A DNA stretch of 64,000 bases, taken from assembly GCA_010909165.1 (NCBI GenBank), contig MU008167.1, positions 186,001 through 250,000 of the forward strand. Direction: 5' to 3'. Below, in pieces: positions 25,501-42,032 of this stretch. The translations under genes and the position numbers were made by a program. The stretch comes from Anthoceros angustus (taxonomy: Eukaryota > Plantae > Anthocerotophyta). Position 1 is the first letter of the stretch. Every line of letters starts with the position of its first letter. Under the pieces are notes generated by a model, which saw nothing but the letters and a program-made list of their open reading frames with translations, was not told the DNA's origin and made no database searches.

Positions 25501-27611
25501 CAGATTGAAGAATTAAGAGCGGCATCCTTGATGCCTGCTCAAGGAGGGGTAGTGGCTCCACGAGGAAGTAGAGTATCTTTTGCTTCACAAATGCCTGTAG
25601 CAGTGGTGTCAGAATTTATAAAATGGAATGAAGATGCCATAGCCCGCTGCGTTTTGTTCACCACAAAGGTTTCATGTGCATGGCTTGTTCATGTTTCCAT
25701 TGCATAGTGATGCTCATTCTGGAAAAAGCGTAATGAGCATGACCTACTTTCCATGCTTCCTGATGTGCTAGTGAATCTGGAACTGAGTTAGATTGTGCTT
25801 CTTCCACAGCCTGCTTCTCTGGGTGCACTTGTGAGGGCAATGTTCAGTATATTTCTTGAGCAGGTGTGTAAACCAGACCATTCATTATGTAATTTGGAGA
25901 CTGGATTCCTGATGCAGACTGAACTGATGGGATGCAACTTACCTCAACTCTGTGACACAGCATGTTTGTGTCAGCTTTACTGTTGAGTGCCAAATGCACA
26001 GGTTAGCAAGCATGTCGTGGAAAGCTTGGAAAATGCACAAGCTGTCATTGATGATGCTACTTTGTTGAGAGAGCGATTTGCAATTGGCTCAGGTAGCAGT
26101 AGACGAGTGGCAGCAGCAGCAGCAACAGCAGTGAGTGTAATTTGTTTTCAAGACAAAATACTTTGCATCTTCTAATCGTGGTGTTTCTCTTTCCTAATGG
26201 ATCTGTCTTACAAGAAGCCTGTTGGCAAACATAACCTCTCTGTACCTTCATCTGTAGGCTGAGGCTGCTGCTGTCGCTGGAGAAAGCAGCTACCGAGCAT
26301 TCATGATCAATGCTCAGAGGGCGACAGCGATTGTTCTTTTAGTTCAGCAAGTATGCTCGTTACACCACTGATCCTGTAAGAATGCAATGAAGAAGGCAGT
26401 GCTGTACTCACATTTGGTTGTCTGTGGCACAGCACTTCTCCAGCACAGTGGTGCGCTACATCCAGCATGTTGATGGATTTCGAGCTGGCTGTTTCGATGA
26501 AATGGCCACTGCTCTGTCCACTGCTGAGGCTTTGATATTGAAAGGTCTGCACAGCTGCGTGGATACAATCATGGGTGAGGTAAAAACCCGGCTTGAATGT
26601 ATGCCTGTGGACAGCCTTTTCTTGTTGTGAGGTGGGATCAAGCTATCCAAGGCTGTCTGTTGTCATTGAAGGTGGAAAGGCTACTAGCTGTTGAGCAGAA
26701 ACCCACAGACTTCAAGCCACATGAAGGAGATCAACCTCCTGAGCAGGGTGCTACCAGTGCATGCACAAGGTCTGTATACTCAAGACTCCTAGATCAGAAG
26801 CTCCAGTCGTCTGCCATCTCTTGGTTTTACCCATCACACGTTTCAACGGCAGGGTAATTTCCTATCTAAGTCGCATTTTGGAGACAGCATGTACTGCCTT
26901 GGAAGGCCCGAACAAGCAGGCATTTTTGAACGAAGTGGTTAGACGCCTCCCATTCCTGAAGCTGGTTGAAACTTCTGCACAATTCCTGATTCTGCTGGCT
27001 GGTGGGCATGTCAGGGTTATCGATTGCAGAAGGAACTTATTGCACACTTACAAAAATGTATCTTCAGTCCGAGGTTCGGAATTTATACCACCTACAAAAC
27101 AGCCTTCGGGTGGATACAAATCCAGCTGACATCCAAAGTATGTGCTTCTCTCCTCTTGCCTTCATGTTGCTTGCAGTGGAGCCTTTCGAGTGAAGCGGGA
27201 CCTGTCAGAGTACAAAAACTTTGTGTCGACCCTTCAATCACCTTCCGTGGTTGAGAAGTTCGATCTATTGGGGGAGTACGCTCTTAGCTCTGTGCTCCAG
27301 TTATGCACCATCGTCCGATGTTCAGATGAGCACAACGTGACAAACAACTCCGTTTCGCAGGATGGTCAACGTTTTGATTGTTCCACCAGAGAGTCTTACA
27401 GCTTTGCTGGACAGCAGCCTGAAAGATGTCCGAAAGGATGCACTCAAGTGTGTATTAACTCCTGTTGCCGCTTCTGGAAGTTTTCCCTACAGAAGGATCC
27501 TTACTAGTCCTGAAATTGCTCCTCTCCAGATTCATCGAGTTACGTGAAGACTACAAAACCTCCAAGATTGCGAAGAAACTAGCAGCAGAGCAGGCGAAGT
27601 CCTCTAACTAG
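22562..27611 (+). CDS. SEC10: Exocyst complex component SEC10/EXOC5, many exons
   Basis: Exon peptides match plant SEC10: SSLPLLFDLSDFK, IFSDDKRVAEAA, RVLEQRV, LLAVEQKPTDFK, LEGPNKQAFLNE, FIELREDYKTSKIA. Stop at 27609-27611. Confidence 0.92.
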
Positions 27612-27774
27612 TGTGCTACTCAGGATTGAATCCTGCTCACCGTTGTTTACTGAAACGACCGCATCTATGTTACAAAAATGGGTGTGCACCAGAGTACAGA
27701 TGCTTACTTTGACCTTCAAATGTCAGGCCTCGTGAAAAGATCGCCAAATAACTAAATACACCTACCCAAATTCT

Positions 27775-28746
27775 CTAATCCTTGCCCCACTTGCTTATCA
27801 CATCAGCCTCAGCATTCCCCAAAGCCAAGGGCCCCAACGACGGCGCGTTAGTTGCCTTGCTGGGTGGCTTGTAAGAGGGGCTCCGTTTAAATCCTCGTAG
27901 AACAAAGAACAACGCATTCACTCCGAAAGCAAGCATTGCTTTTCCTTGCGTGAGGACAAGGTACTGCACCAGAACACATACTCGACGTCACAAGAAATCC
28001 AAAGAAACACGGCAACATAAGGAAATCCATCAACCACCAGCAGGCTCACCAGAAACAACAATCCAAAGAACGCATAACCTATCTGCTTAGCCTCTTCCCA
28101 CTTATTCTCAGCAGGAAGATCATCCTCTCCACCTCTGCCTCCTCCTCCCTGCCCTCCTCCGCCGCCTCCACCTCCCCAGCCCTTGCCCCTCCCACGCCCT
28201 TTACCACCTCCACTCTCCTGCCTCTTCTTTATCTCCTCATCCCATTTCTCATAGCTCTCTTTCTTACCACCCAGAGCCTCCTCCAGGGCTTTCCGTGCAG
28301 CATCCTGCAAAGCCAGGGCAGAGTCAGGAAAGCACCAGTCTACTTGATCACTACCCGACTTCTGCTTCAACCAGAATTTTCCACGGAACACATTCCATCA
28401 GCCCAGAACGTCCATGCCCTCTTCAAAGCACAGTCCACGAACAACACAACATGCATAGCCCCGAGCACAAAATGCTGCCCACCCGCTTTTTCCAGCCTCC
28501 AAGACATGTCACTCGAGCATCACCCCTGCACACGGAGGCCACAGCTTCCCACTGATCCCTGCTGGAGCGGGAGCTTCCCACATTTCCCCATCCAGACTGC
28601 TTCTGCCTACTTCCTCCCACTCCTGCTCTCAAACCAGCTTGCTGAGTTATTCCTGATCCAGCCAATCCAGCAGGAGCCGGCCATGAGCTCAGCACATGCT
28701 GTACGTGGTGCAAAGCCGAGACATGAGCCAGCGGTGTCGCCATCAA
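27775..28746 (-). CDS. Glycine-rich membrane protein of unknown function, probably plastid-targeted; ~3 exons
   Basis: Transit-like first exon. Next is ARKALEEALGGKKESYEKWDEEIKKR, a poly-Gly tract and hydrophobic IGYAFFGLLFL / YLVLTQGKAMLAFGVNALFFVLRG split by GT-AG introns. Resembles a conserved plant Gly-rich family (from memory). Confidence 0.65.
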
Positions 28747-30739
28747 TGAATCCCTTTGTCAGTTCTCCCGGATCCTTTGCAAGCACACACCCATCCCCCA
28801 CTGATCCACACGTTAGGGTTCAAAAACGTGTATGCTGGAAAACGAACCTCGTTTTGTTCCCGGAAGCTACATACCGACGAACAGAGTCTATGATGATTTC
28901 ACACCATCACAATCGACCCTGAGCTTTTGCTGTTTGATCAAGTTGTGACTCGTGGTGCTGATGCCAGAGGGCTTGCTCTCTTGGATCTCTTGGACGGGAA
29001 AATGCATGAGAAGTTGCGGTGCAGGAAGTTATGCAAATAAAATGCACTGGTTGTCAGCCCGGTTTGCACCTTCCTGCAGCAAGAGCGGTGTTGTTTCTGC
29101 GTTGGGATAATGAGGACGCTAATGTTTTCCCTGTTGTTAGGCCGACTGGCTTTCCGTGGTGCAAGGCCGGTTGTGAGTGCAATCTAATTGTAAACCCTAG
29201 ATTCCAAACCCTAGCTGATGTTGCAAACGATGGAGGAGGCTGAAGATAGAGAAGTGCCGTGTGGAGATCTTGCACACGTTGCACCAGCGGACCTATTCCG
29301 CTGCATCTAGGTAGCGATGGATGGATGCAGGCTGGAACAGTCTGTATCTTCATTGCCAAATCCAGCTGGCCAGAGGTCATTTCCTGTGATACCATGGACT
29401 GAGCTGGAGACGTGGAGCACAATGGAGTTTAGGAAGGCCTGAACTGCACACTGGCAGCAAGAACCGCCTAGATCGGAAGGAGGGAGGATTCCTGCACAAT
29501 TTCAGAGATATTGGAAGAAGGTATACAGAAGACGTCACCATTTTGCTGGAGGCTTGTGGCTGGGATGCACTCCCGATCTGATGACAGCGTCCCGCAACGA
29601 AATTAGGGCACGATGGCGGGACTGCTATCAGACTCCACCAGCAGCAAGCTTCCGAGTGTATCGGGAATAATTTAATCCCCGGTTTACTCGGCAACCGTGC
29701 AGTTACTGATCCAACCCGGCCTCAGGCTTCCAACCTCGTGTGCTGCGACGCCTGCTTTTCGGCTCTGTCACCTCAAGCTGGATTTAAGAGCGGGCAGCAG
29801 GGCCACGCCGTCACTCACAGCAGGCGGGTGAAGTGGGTTCTGAAATTCTGTATTGGGATTCACACTGGTGCAGCCTGCAAGCCTGGCAGGGACCCCATTG
29901 GCTGATATTCACGCGCAGGCAGCAGCAGGTTACACCGTCCACCAACCTGACAACGAGGTGGGTCGACCTCTCTGACTCTGTACACTAGTGGGGTCACCGG
30001 GGTGCATGGCCCAATAGGCTGCATATGGTAAAATGCATCCGGGATTCCAGTCCCGACAAAGGTGGCAGGAGAACACATGTTGAGGCCACGTTGGGCCCAA
30101 CAAAAATCCGGGTGGCGCCACCCAAGATGCTTCACCCAAAGCGGCGGCAGGAAGCACCAGGCCGGCCAGGTTCCCAAGTTCCAAGGCGCACGCTTTGGGC
30201 CACATGCTTGCGTGACGAGCTACCGAGTAGATAATCACCAGGAAATGGCCAAGAGCTCTGCAGCTGCCTGCCCTCCCGAGTACCGAGCTCAAATCAGACA
30301 TACGCTTCTGCACATCTGTATGTACATTACTGTATAGGTACTCGCATTCCAATTTCCCATTTCCCGCTTCCCATTTTCAAAAGCTTCTTGGGAGCCGCTT
30401 CCTCCAGCTTTCAACCACCAGGAACTCAGTTGCACATCCCTCAAGAAGAGCACGCCAATTTCGGCAATCGCCATATCGGCTTCGAAAGATGCATGCTCCT
30501 CGGTTATCAAACTCTCCGACTTCTTGTACCGTATGTAGATCGTTCCTCCAAAACTTTATACTAGATCTCTACTTTCTGTTCAATCCAGCAATAAAAAAGG
30601 TGAGCAAAAAGCAGAGATGTTGGTCCAGTTGCCCAACGAGCGCCCCATCCCGACCAACGCGCTTTCCGCGTTTTTGTCAGCGAGCACTGGTTATGACGGT
30701 GCCCATTTGGCTACCTAGTACACCTCGACATTCTTCTTC

Positions 30740-31015
30740 CCTATGTATGTATGTACTACACCCCCATAACATAGCAATGGAGATTTTATTAAAAAGAAGG
30801 GATTGGGAAAACATTTCACCCCTATATATGTATGTACTACATCCCCATAAAATAGTATCGGAGATTTTATGAAAAAGAAGAGATGGAAAACATCTACCCG
30901 AACCTACGGACAACCCACTAAAGGGTCAAGAGTTGTGAAAAAGAAGAGATGGGAAAACATCTACCCGAACCCACGGACAACCCACTAAAGGGCCAAGAGT
31001 TGGGGCTAGCCGTTA
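30740..31015. repeat. Nested short tandem duplications (~81-bp pair followed by a ~64-bp pair), TE-terminal-like
   Basis: tatgtatgtactaca.ccccataa occurs twice, then aaaaagaagagatgg.aaaacatctacccgaacc.acggacaacccactaaaggg occurs twice. Confidence 0.75.
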
Positions 31016-31914
31016 CCTCCACAATCGGAACTTACTTATAGCCCCGATTATGTCGTGGTCCTAGATGAGGAAAGGCCTATCTACAACTGGTGCAGATGAC
31101 GTCACTTCTTCTATGCTCGTTACCATCCAGCAAATAGGGTTGGCCACTCTATAATTACTTTCCTACAACAAAATCAATATTTACATAAGATTTTAAATTT
31201 AATATTTAAAAACATAAAATCTAAAGATTTTTTCTATATAAATTTTAACGGTTAATCTAAATACATAAAAAATATAATACTAAAAATTAATAAGGAAACA
31301 CCATCTCAAAGTAGATGAGATTTCCCATCTCTTTTTTTTACATAAAGTCTCTTCTCTTCTTCACACAAAACACCATCAATACTAAACCACGATATCGGAA
31401 CGATACAAGGGCATAGCCAGACAAGTAAACCCAGATAAATTTAATAAATATTTTTTTCACAATATTATTTTATAAATATATATATACACATATTTATTTG
31501 GAAAACAAAATCCACTAGGTGGGATCCTTGCCAAGGCATGTTGGGTCCCTCATACGACCGTCACGACATGTAAGATTAGAATAAAATTCTTTTTCATTGT
31601 ATTAAAAGTTAATTTGAATATATATTTTTAGAAAATAATACCTACATAAATACGTAGATGTTAAAAGTGAATACTATATGGGTGGGATCCACAAGAGTTG
31701 TGTGTTAAAAGGCGGTTGGTGGAAAGGTCGAAGTAAACTAAGGATACAGGCGCGGGAGTCGGAGTCGGAGTCGGACATAAAGGAGGACGTTGAGGTCGTG
31801 AAGTCAAAAGGCAAGTGGGCCCCGTTGAAAGCTGTGTGCAACCCGTTAGGGCTTACCATGCTAATCATTGTGGCATTGTGGGTGGCGAGGCCGAAAATAA
31901 CGAAATGCCGCGCT

Positions 31915-31915
<1 letters not shown>

Positions 31916-31945
<30 letters not shown>

Positions 31946-32150
31946 TTTTCATTGTAGTGGATTTATTGGGTGTAGAACGAGGAAGAGGTCACACCGTTGT
32001 TGCAGACTGCAGAGCAGATACGTTGCAATGCGCGTTGTGCGTGCGTGACGACGCAGGGGCACGTCACTCCTCCCTCGCCTTCGCCTTCGCCTTCGCCTTC
32101 GCCTTCGCCCTCGGCCTCGGGCTCGGCCTCGGGCTCGGGCTCGCCTTGTG
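31916..32150. repeat. Microsatellites: (ATTT)n at ~31916-31948 and (TCGCCT/TCGGGC)n at ~32073-32145
   Basis: Directly visible simple repeats upstream of the TPR/J gene. Confidence 0.9.
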
Positions 32151-32648
32151 CTTCCAGCACGTTGCTGCCCTTTCCCCTCTCATTGGCGCGCATTTGCGCA
32201 AACCCGCTTTTAAATCGCTCCCCAAAAGCCAAGCCATGAAAGCAGCAGGTGGGAGATAAAATCTGGCTTTACAAGGGGAGGCGCCCGCCGGCTCGAGCTT
32301 TTGCGCTTTTGCGGCTCCGGCTGCAGCTATGGCGGCTCAAGGCCGGGCCTCCGCTTCCACCTCCGCCGCTGCCGCACTCGCACCTGCGCTGCCTCTCGCC
32401 CCGCGCGCGCCAGCAGGGACAGCGCCAGCAACGGCAGCAGGAGCAGCAGCAGCAGAGGCCGCGGCTGCAGCGGCAGGATCCCGCGCCCCTCCCCTGGATG
32501 CGGCCGCGGATGCCCCCGATCCATGGCCGCTGCCTCCGCTGAGCAGCCCGCCCTCTCCTGCTCCCGCCGCCTCTGCGCAGAGGCGGCCCAGCGCCGCGCC
32601 TGGCACCCCTCCGTCGCCGGGATCGTGCTCCTCTACTGCGCCGTCGCC

Positions 32649-35184
32649 ATGTTCTCCTTCGTGCTCTTCAAGCGCCGCCGCTGGTCCCGCAGCCGCAAGG
32701 TTTGTGCCTGCTTCCGCAATTTTGAGCTCCAACGGATCTGGGAAGGCGCGGTTCAGTGCTCGCGGTCTGTGCTTTGTGTTGTGGAGAATTCTGTGCGGTA
32801 TCCGGTATGGGAGGGAGGATCCGGTTCAGATCGGGATCTGTCTGTGGAGTGGAAGGATGGAGGAAGGCATGGAGTGGTTTGGTGTGTTTTAGTGTGATTT
32901 GGTCTGGTTTGTGCTGTTTTTTGTCGCGGTGGATCTGCATTTGGAGGTCGGGAGCGGTGGTCGTGACTGTAGCGCTTCTGTTTTGTGCTGTGTTGTGCAG
33001 TTAGCTGAGAAGTACTTAGGTCACGCCAGGCTGCTGGTGCAAAGTCAAGAACCGGCGGACGTGTACGCTGCGGTCGGGCTGCTGGACGGCGCTTTGAAGC
33101 TGCATCCGAATTGGGAGAAGGCGCTGGAGCTGAAGGCGAGGTGCTTGCTGAGCCTGAGGCGGTTTAGAGAGGTGGCCAACTTGTTGTATGAGTACGTTCC
33201 GAGCTTCAAGTATGAGGATAGCACGCCTCCGGATAGTCCTCTCGCGGAGAAGGTGAAGTTGCTGTCGGACTACTTGCCGGATAAGGTTAGGCGGAAGTCC
33301 GTGCTTAGGTACCTGTCTTTCGCTGGGATAAAGAAACGGCTGCTCACCAGAAGGACCGACCGGGAGGAATGGAGGTTTTTAGTGCTAGGGCAAGCGTGCT
33401 GTCATCTCGGGATGATGGAGGATGCGATGATTCTGCTGCAGAGCGGGAAGAGAGCGGCTTCTGCAGCCTCCAGGAAGGAGAGTAATGATCTGAACGAGGA
33501 CAGCTTTTGCTACGAGGGTAGCGTGGGGCCTTCTGAGGCGGATCTTGTGAACCATCTCTTGGGGAATATCAAGTTCCTGCTCAGGAGGCGAGCAGCCGCC
33601 ATAGCGGCCATGGACGCCGGGCTGTACACTGAAGCTGTCCGGCATTTCTCTAAGATTTTGGATGGCAGGAGGGGGACTCCGCAGGGTTTCATAGCGGAGT
33701 GCTATTTGCACCGAGCCGTAGCTTATCAGGCCGCAGGTCGGATCCCTGATGCCATTGCTGACTGCAACAGAACGTTAGCTTTGGATCCGGTCTGTGTCGA
33801 AGCTCTTGGCACTCGAGCTGCTCTTTATGAGATGGTTCGCTGCTTCTATGAATGTTTCCAGGATTTGGAGCAGCTCAAGCTGCTGTATGAAGCTATCATA
33901 CGGCATCGTAAGTTTCCAGGTGCTGTATGGAGGCACACGCAGAATGCCGAGGAGGTAGATGTGCATGGGAACTATGAGGCCGTGAATATGAAAATCGCTG
34001 AGATCAGGCATAGGTTGGAGCATGGTTATACGATCGACTATCACTCCATCATCGGTGTATCTCACCATTGTCTGAGGAGTGAAGTTGAGAGAGCTCATCT
34101 CCTGATCTGCTTGAAGCACCGACCAGATAAAGCGGCGCACTTTGTGGACAGATGTGAGTTCGTTGATGATCGGGACATCGAAGCTGTGAAGGAGGAAGCC
34201 AGACTGGCTGCCATCAAGTTGTTCTGCCTGATCCAGAGGGCTCATTCCGGCATTATCGGCCTCCTATTGGATGAGGAAGAGGCCCAGAGAGAGAAAATGG
34301 GCAATGACGTGGAAGGCCTTCCATGGGACGGTCGATGTGTCGAATATGAACCCAGGGGTGGCCCAGCAGGGGACAGCCGATGGGTGGTGTCTGACTCCGG
34401 GGGTGGCTCTGGAGGAGCTTTGCAGCTAAATGTGTTGGACGCTCAAACAGACAAGGAAAATAAATCTGAAATATCACAGCCGGTATCCAGAAGTCTTCAG
34501 GTGTCCAAGCCTCTCGCTGTAAGCAACAAGATGCAAGGTACTCATCCTGTAACTCAACTCCGGAAGCAGGATGATGTTAGAGAAAAAGGGCTGCTGCATC
34601 ACAAGTCGCCTCCCACTGAGCCGCCTTGTGGCGACAAGGATGGTGAACTCGAGGGTGAGACTGAGGATACGTGTAGGCCGTCCGTGACTGGGGCGAACAC
34701 TAGCAGTCCGTCTGCCGGGAGTGGGCACCAGCTGGGCTGTGGTGATGTCACAGCAAGCACCTCCTTGCCTTTCGGTCTGGGGGAATTGACTGCCAGTCCT
34801 CATGCCGATGGGGAAAGCGAGGAAACATGTATGGAGGAAATGTCTGTGACTGGTGGCATGCTTGTGACGCCTCGACTTGAAAATTACTTCTCTTTTTCCA
34901 GAGAAGTACAGGAACCTTCTCAAAGCTGTGAGATTGAAAAAGCTGTGTGTCTCAACTGTAATGGTTTACCAGCGAATAGTGATGTGGGCAGACCTACTGC
35001 TGTTTGCACTGAGGATGCTGTCACACAAGCAGATGCCACCAGCTCAGTCGGCGGGGTGACTTGCAGAGAACTTGCTGCTGTAGGGGCGAAACTGTCCAAC
35101 TCTCTAACACCGAGCACATGGATCACCTCGAATGAAAACTGGCATTACCAGGGCTATGGCACGATCTCCTTGCAAGTGACTTAA
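32649..35184 (+). CDS. TPR-repeat protein with a J-like domain and a long low-complexity C-tail; join(32649..32699,33001..35184)
   Basis: Phase-0 splice AAG|GT...CAG|TTA. Contains WRFLVLGQACCHLGMMEDAMILLQSGKR, LLRRRAAAIAAMDAGLY and DYHSIIGV..LKHRPDKA, typical of the plant TPR-DnaJ family. An in-frame ATG at 32523 is an alternative start. Confidence 0.88.
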
Positions 35185-36571
35185 GTACTGCCGTCAAGGG
35201 TTGTCCATGCGAATGGTGGTCAGGCTAAGAATTTCACCTTCTTGTGGTGACCTAGTTGCAGGGGGACTTGCTGCAAGTAGTAGGTGCCCGTGTCATCCGA
35301 TTGTCGTATGTCAAGCAGAAGGTTGCTGCTGTGTATTCCCTCCTAGATAGGCGAGACTAACTAACCAGGGTACGTTTTCAAGTGTGGAGCAAGCAGCACT
35401 TGACCAATAAGGAGCTTAAAGCTCCTTTACCAACCTCAGGGCAGCATGTGTGCAGGTGGATGGGATGTGTCAAGTGAGGAAGGGAGATGCTTGGCTGCAT
35501 AAGCAGTCATGGAGAGCTGGGGTTGCTTTCTCTCATGATCCCCGAGACATAACCCTCGGGGATCTTCAGTCCTCCTTCCTATTTGGAGTTTGGTGAATCC
35601 AGTAGCTGGGCTCCATTGTAGTGTATGATAGCGGTTCTGAAAGGGGACCACATAATCGGCTCCTCGCCTCGTGAAGGCAATGCTGCTATCGCGCAAGAAT
35701 GTGAGTACCTACGGTAAGTCCGCTTCTTGATGGGGTCTGCGATGTGATTCTCAGTTGGCGTTGGCTCAGCAAGTTCGTTTCCCCTGGCAAGCACTGTTTT
35801 AGACTCAAGATGTCATTCGTGTTTGCAGGCTGTGGATTAGGGGTGGGATTACGGATGTATTGTACGCGGAGCATGAAGCTGGTCTCGGGGAGTTAGTTGT
35901 GCACGCTCGAGGCTGCCTTTGTCACCTGTGGTTCGAACCCTAGACTTTCCTGTGACAGGGCGGTTGGACGCGGCTGTTGGTGTCCTTTCTTCCACGGCGT
36001 CCTCACCCGGTTGCCTTGCCTTTCATCTCCCGTCGTGTCTCATCTGTTCAATTGTGCTAGACACCATGGATAACCCCAACCACATTGCCAACGAATGCTC
36101 GGTAATGCTCAAGGACCTGCTCGCCATCGTCTCCCCTGATGCTGGTGACGCGGAGCTTGTGTCCGACAGCGACTCTAGTGAGAGCGCTTCCAGTGAGAGT
36201 GCGTCCATTTGGGATCAAGCAGCAGCAGTAGGACTCCACCGGCCTGAGCAGGCGGAGCAGGAAGTAGAGAGTCAGGCGTGTTTGCTCAAGATGCAGATTG
36301 GGCTTAAGGGAGGGGCAAATGCCGTGGAAACTCTGATATCCGAATTCAACAGTAGTCTTGACAGCACCGCTGCTGCGGTGGATCTTTTCCCCCTCAGTGT
36401 CTCGTTTGTGGAATCTGTTGAAAGCCCTCCAAACGCTGTGGCAATGGTAGAATCTGTTGTAGCTTAACGTAAGACATGCAGTGTGGGTACAATAGTTCCA
36501 ACCCTCTAGCCAGTTGAACGAGCGGTTATCCATACAATTCTTGGGCTGCTGAATGCAAGCACCCTATTACT

Positions 36572-38818
36572 CTATATCTTCGCAATCTCAGTGCTTTGGC
36601 TGCGGTTCCGTATTTCAGTGGAAGAAATATCCATCTGAAATAAATCTTGTGGCACGGCCCTAAACAGACCTTCAATTTCATCAGGAATCCCCACATCAGA
36701 TAGCACCTGCAGTGAGTAACATGGGCAACGTTTTCAACAGTTTCGACCAGATGGTTCTCTTTCGTTGAACAGTTTGTGACTAGTCAGCTCCCTACCTGAA
36801 ACCTTCCGTCCACTTTGCGACCTGCGACAAGGAAGTCACATCCCAGCTGCCTGATAGAGCACATCACCTCCAGCATCCTTGCTTGACTCCCTCCATAGTA
36901 CTTGGGCTGAACAAGAGTGAATGTCTTTGAGGGATTTGAGCTGGACAATAGAAAACAGCAGGAGTTGGGCAAGAGCATGAAGTCTCACGTTAAGTAACCT
37001 GATGGCGGTATCAAAACCCACAACAAAAGAGCTGTCGGGGAAGAGCTCCGCCTTCTTGTAAAAGTATGGTTGATTAGTTACAACAACCACTTTTCCTGCA
37101 TACAAAATAGTTGCCTGCTTTCAGTATGTTTGAAGGCATTTGATGTGACATGCCAGGACATTACAAACAGCAAATTCTGGGAATAGAGACAGGACAAACG
37201 GAGGAGGAAAGAAATACCTCTATCCTCAAATTGCTTCACCCTTGATTTGATCACCTCCAGAGACAGCGGCGGCTTGTCGGGATTTAAGGCTGACATCTCG
37301 AAGCAGGGAATACCACCCTCCGAAAGACTGATCATAGCCACCATGTACTTGTAAAATACATGTCATCGTAGAGAGAGGGTGATAAATTGGAAAACGCAAG
37401 TACCTTGTGAGGGCTGGTTGGCAAGAAAGTTAGAACCTGCAAGCAGTATCCAGGAGCTTGACATGACCTTCGTGCAATGGATTGAAGGATCCGCATAGCA
37501 CAACTCTCCTCCCCTCGTTGGCTGCTAGTTGAAAATAGACACACTTTATCAACAGCAGTGCCGTGAAACTGCACACACATACAGCTCGCCAAAGCATGAG
37601 AACCAAAGAAAAGATCACCAGAAACAGAAAATACAACAGAGACAATGCATATAACTGACCAGTAGCTTTCCCACACGTGATGGACGAAATTTCCCCACTC
37701 AACAGCTGCTGGATTTGGTCGTCCTCTGTGTAGTCTAAGCTGAACTCTCTCAACATCTCATCTGCTTCATTGAGATCCAAAGGGACCTTAGGTTGAACTC
37801 CACACACGTCTGCCAAAGTCTGCCAACAGGCTAGTACATAGTTGAATTCTCTGCTGATGCCCAAGAAGGAAGTTCAAACTATAGAGTCGGTAGCTAAGAC
37901 TTTCTACAGCTAGCCAGAGATTATGGTTACAGTACCTTGAGCAGAACTCGACTTGTCACTTGATCTTCACCAACACGATCCCTTAAGCCCTACGGACGAG
38001 AGTGGTTAGACCGATAGTATCCTCTCAGAGGATGTAAAGACAGCAGTTTGCAGCTTAGTCATCAAGTTACTTTTGAAAGCGTGATGTCATACTCCCATTG
38101 TTTTCCCAGGGTTCGTGCTGTCACATAACACCTGTTGTACAAAACCTCCCTTAAAATCAAAGGCAGGAATTGGATGGCAAGATATGAGCCTCATCACTGT
38201 CACAAAACTGGCCTACCTGTGTTCACCCCGCTTTGGAGCTCCTGATACCAATGCACCCGTGAAGCCTATCCCTGCCACTGGCACACCTGTTCTCACAACG
38301 TCAGAAGCACTCGAAAATGCAAGGCGACTGCCGTGTTGCTGCCAATCACATTCGTAATCTAAAACTTGCGGACAACCTGGCATGGAAAGCCGGAGGGCCC
38401 GATTGTAAGCGGCCAATGCCAAGTCATTCGCTGTTTCCCGGCTCACAAATTGAGATGGCAGCTATGCGACATTTCATGAGATTGTGAGCCCAAGAATCAT
38501 AAGCCTACAAAAACCACCCCATCAACATGCTGGGTTCCAACTGCAGGCATACTTTTCCGATAAGCTGAACCATGGAAGCCCTGGAGTAGGGAACTGTGAC
38601 CTCGAGGATAGTGGCAGATGCACCAGGCACCGACAGAAGCCATCCCACAGCCTGCACAAATTCGATCATTCACATAACATCTGGACAGTGTGAAAGCATC
38701 CACATTCGAACTGCAGCACCACCTGTATCACCTGTGAAGCACCACCAGAAAGGTGGAGGACGACTTGAGTTGGGGATCCGTGGATAGCTTCAATGACTGC
38801 CCTCATCACAGGCTCCAT
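36572..38818 (-). CDS. Nucleotidyltransferase-superfamily protein (CinA-like N-domain plus cytidylyltransferase-like C-domain), multi-exon
   Basis: Exons give VIEAIHGSPTQVVLHLSGGASQ, LAAYNRALRLS, GIGFTGAL, CGSFNPLHEGH, NQPYFYKKAELFP and MDISSTEIR. Stop at 36572. Confidence 0.9.
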
Positions 38819-39541
38819 CGCTGTCGCTGCCAAAAGATACAGTGCGTTATCTGGCAAGCTGCACTCTTGAATTCAGTGCCAGCTGTTCAACGGAAAGGCC
38901 ATGCCATGAGGTCAGGAACGAGACGACACGGATTACCTCGGGTTTGGAACCCTCGGCACGATTTTCAGGATCTATGGCACAGTCAGTCAGATAGCATCTG
39001 ACGGGAGCGGAACGCAGACGGAGAGTCCTTGAACCGGAGCAAAACTACCAGCCTTTGGTAAGTTCTGTTCCTTGCCTTCGTTTGCACGATCAGAGTCGCA
39101 GAAAACTAGTCCACGATTCTGGCGCTCTGCTACGAAGGTCCATGGAATGACCATGAATTTGAGATGACTGAATTGGAATCCATTGGGTCCATGCCCCTGG
39201 CTTTAGTCGGAACATATTGCTGCATTTCCCTTCCCTTTCAGCTCGTCCAAGAGTCTGTCTGGAGAACGATCTTCCAGCGAGGGTGGTCGGAGCTGTGGAC
39301 AATTTCTCTGGACCCGGCATACGGAATTCCAGAAGGTTCCTTGCTGAACAACTTCCAAAAACCAGCTTGGGTGCATCGCAGCTGTGTGTTTTGGATGTGA
39401 GAGGGAGTGTTTGTAGGGATATGATGCTCAGATTGAAGGAGTGTCCAAGCAGGTTTTCGGAAGCTGGAGTCAACCATCTCTGGATGATCTGTTGCATTTA
39501 TCATGTACATACCAGCAGAATTGGCAAAAATGTGACAAGAC

Positions 39542-42032
<2,491 letters not shown>

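Noticed and set aside
29000-30600. GC-rich stretch with several 70-140 aa ORFs and faint gag/RT-like words
   Set aside because: Stops occur in all frames and motif matches are too weak to call. A tBLASTx against TE libraries would decide.
31678-32897. ORFs of 187-198 aa, including Ala/Pro-rich 32329-32892
   Set aside because: Produced by microsatellites and GC-rich 5' sequence. Splice phase shows only the frame ending ..RSRK at 32699 joins the TPR exon.
35436-36467. Ser/Glu-rich plus-strand ORF (ATG 36066) and possible small minus-strand exons at 35579-35800
   Set aside because: No homology cue and no consistent gene model. Needs RNA-seq.
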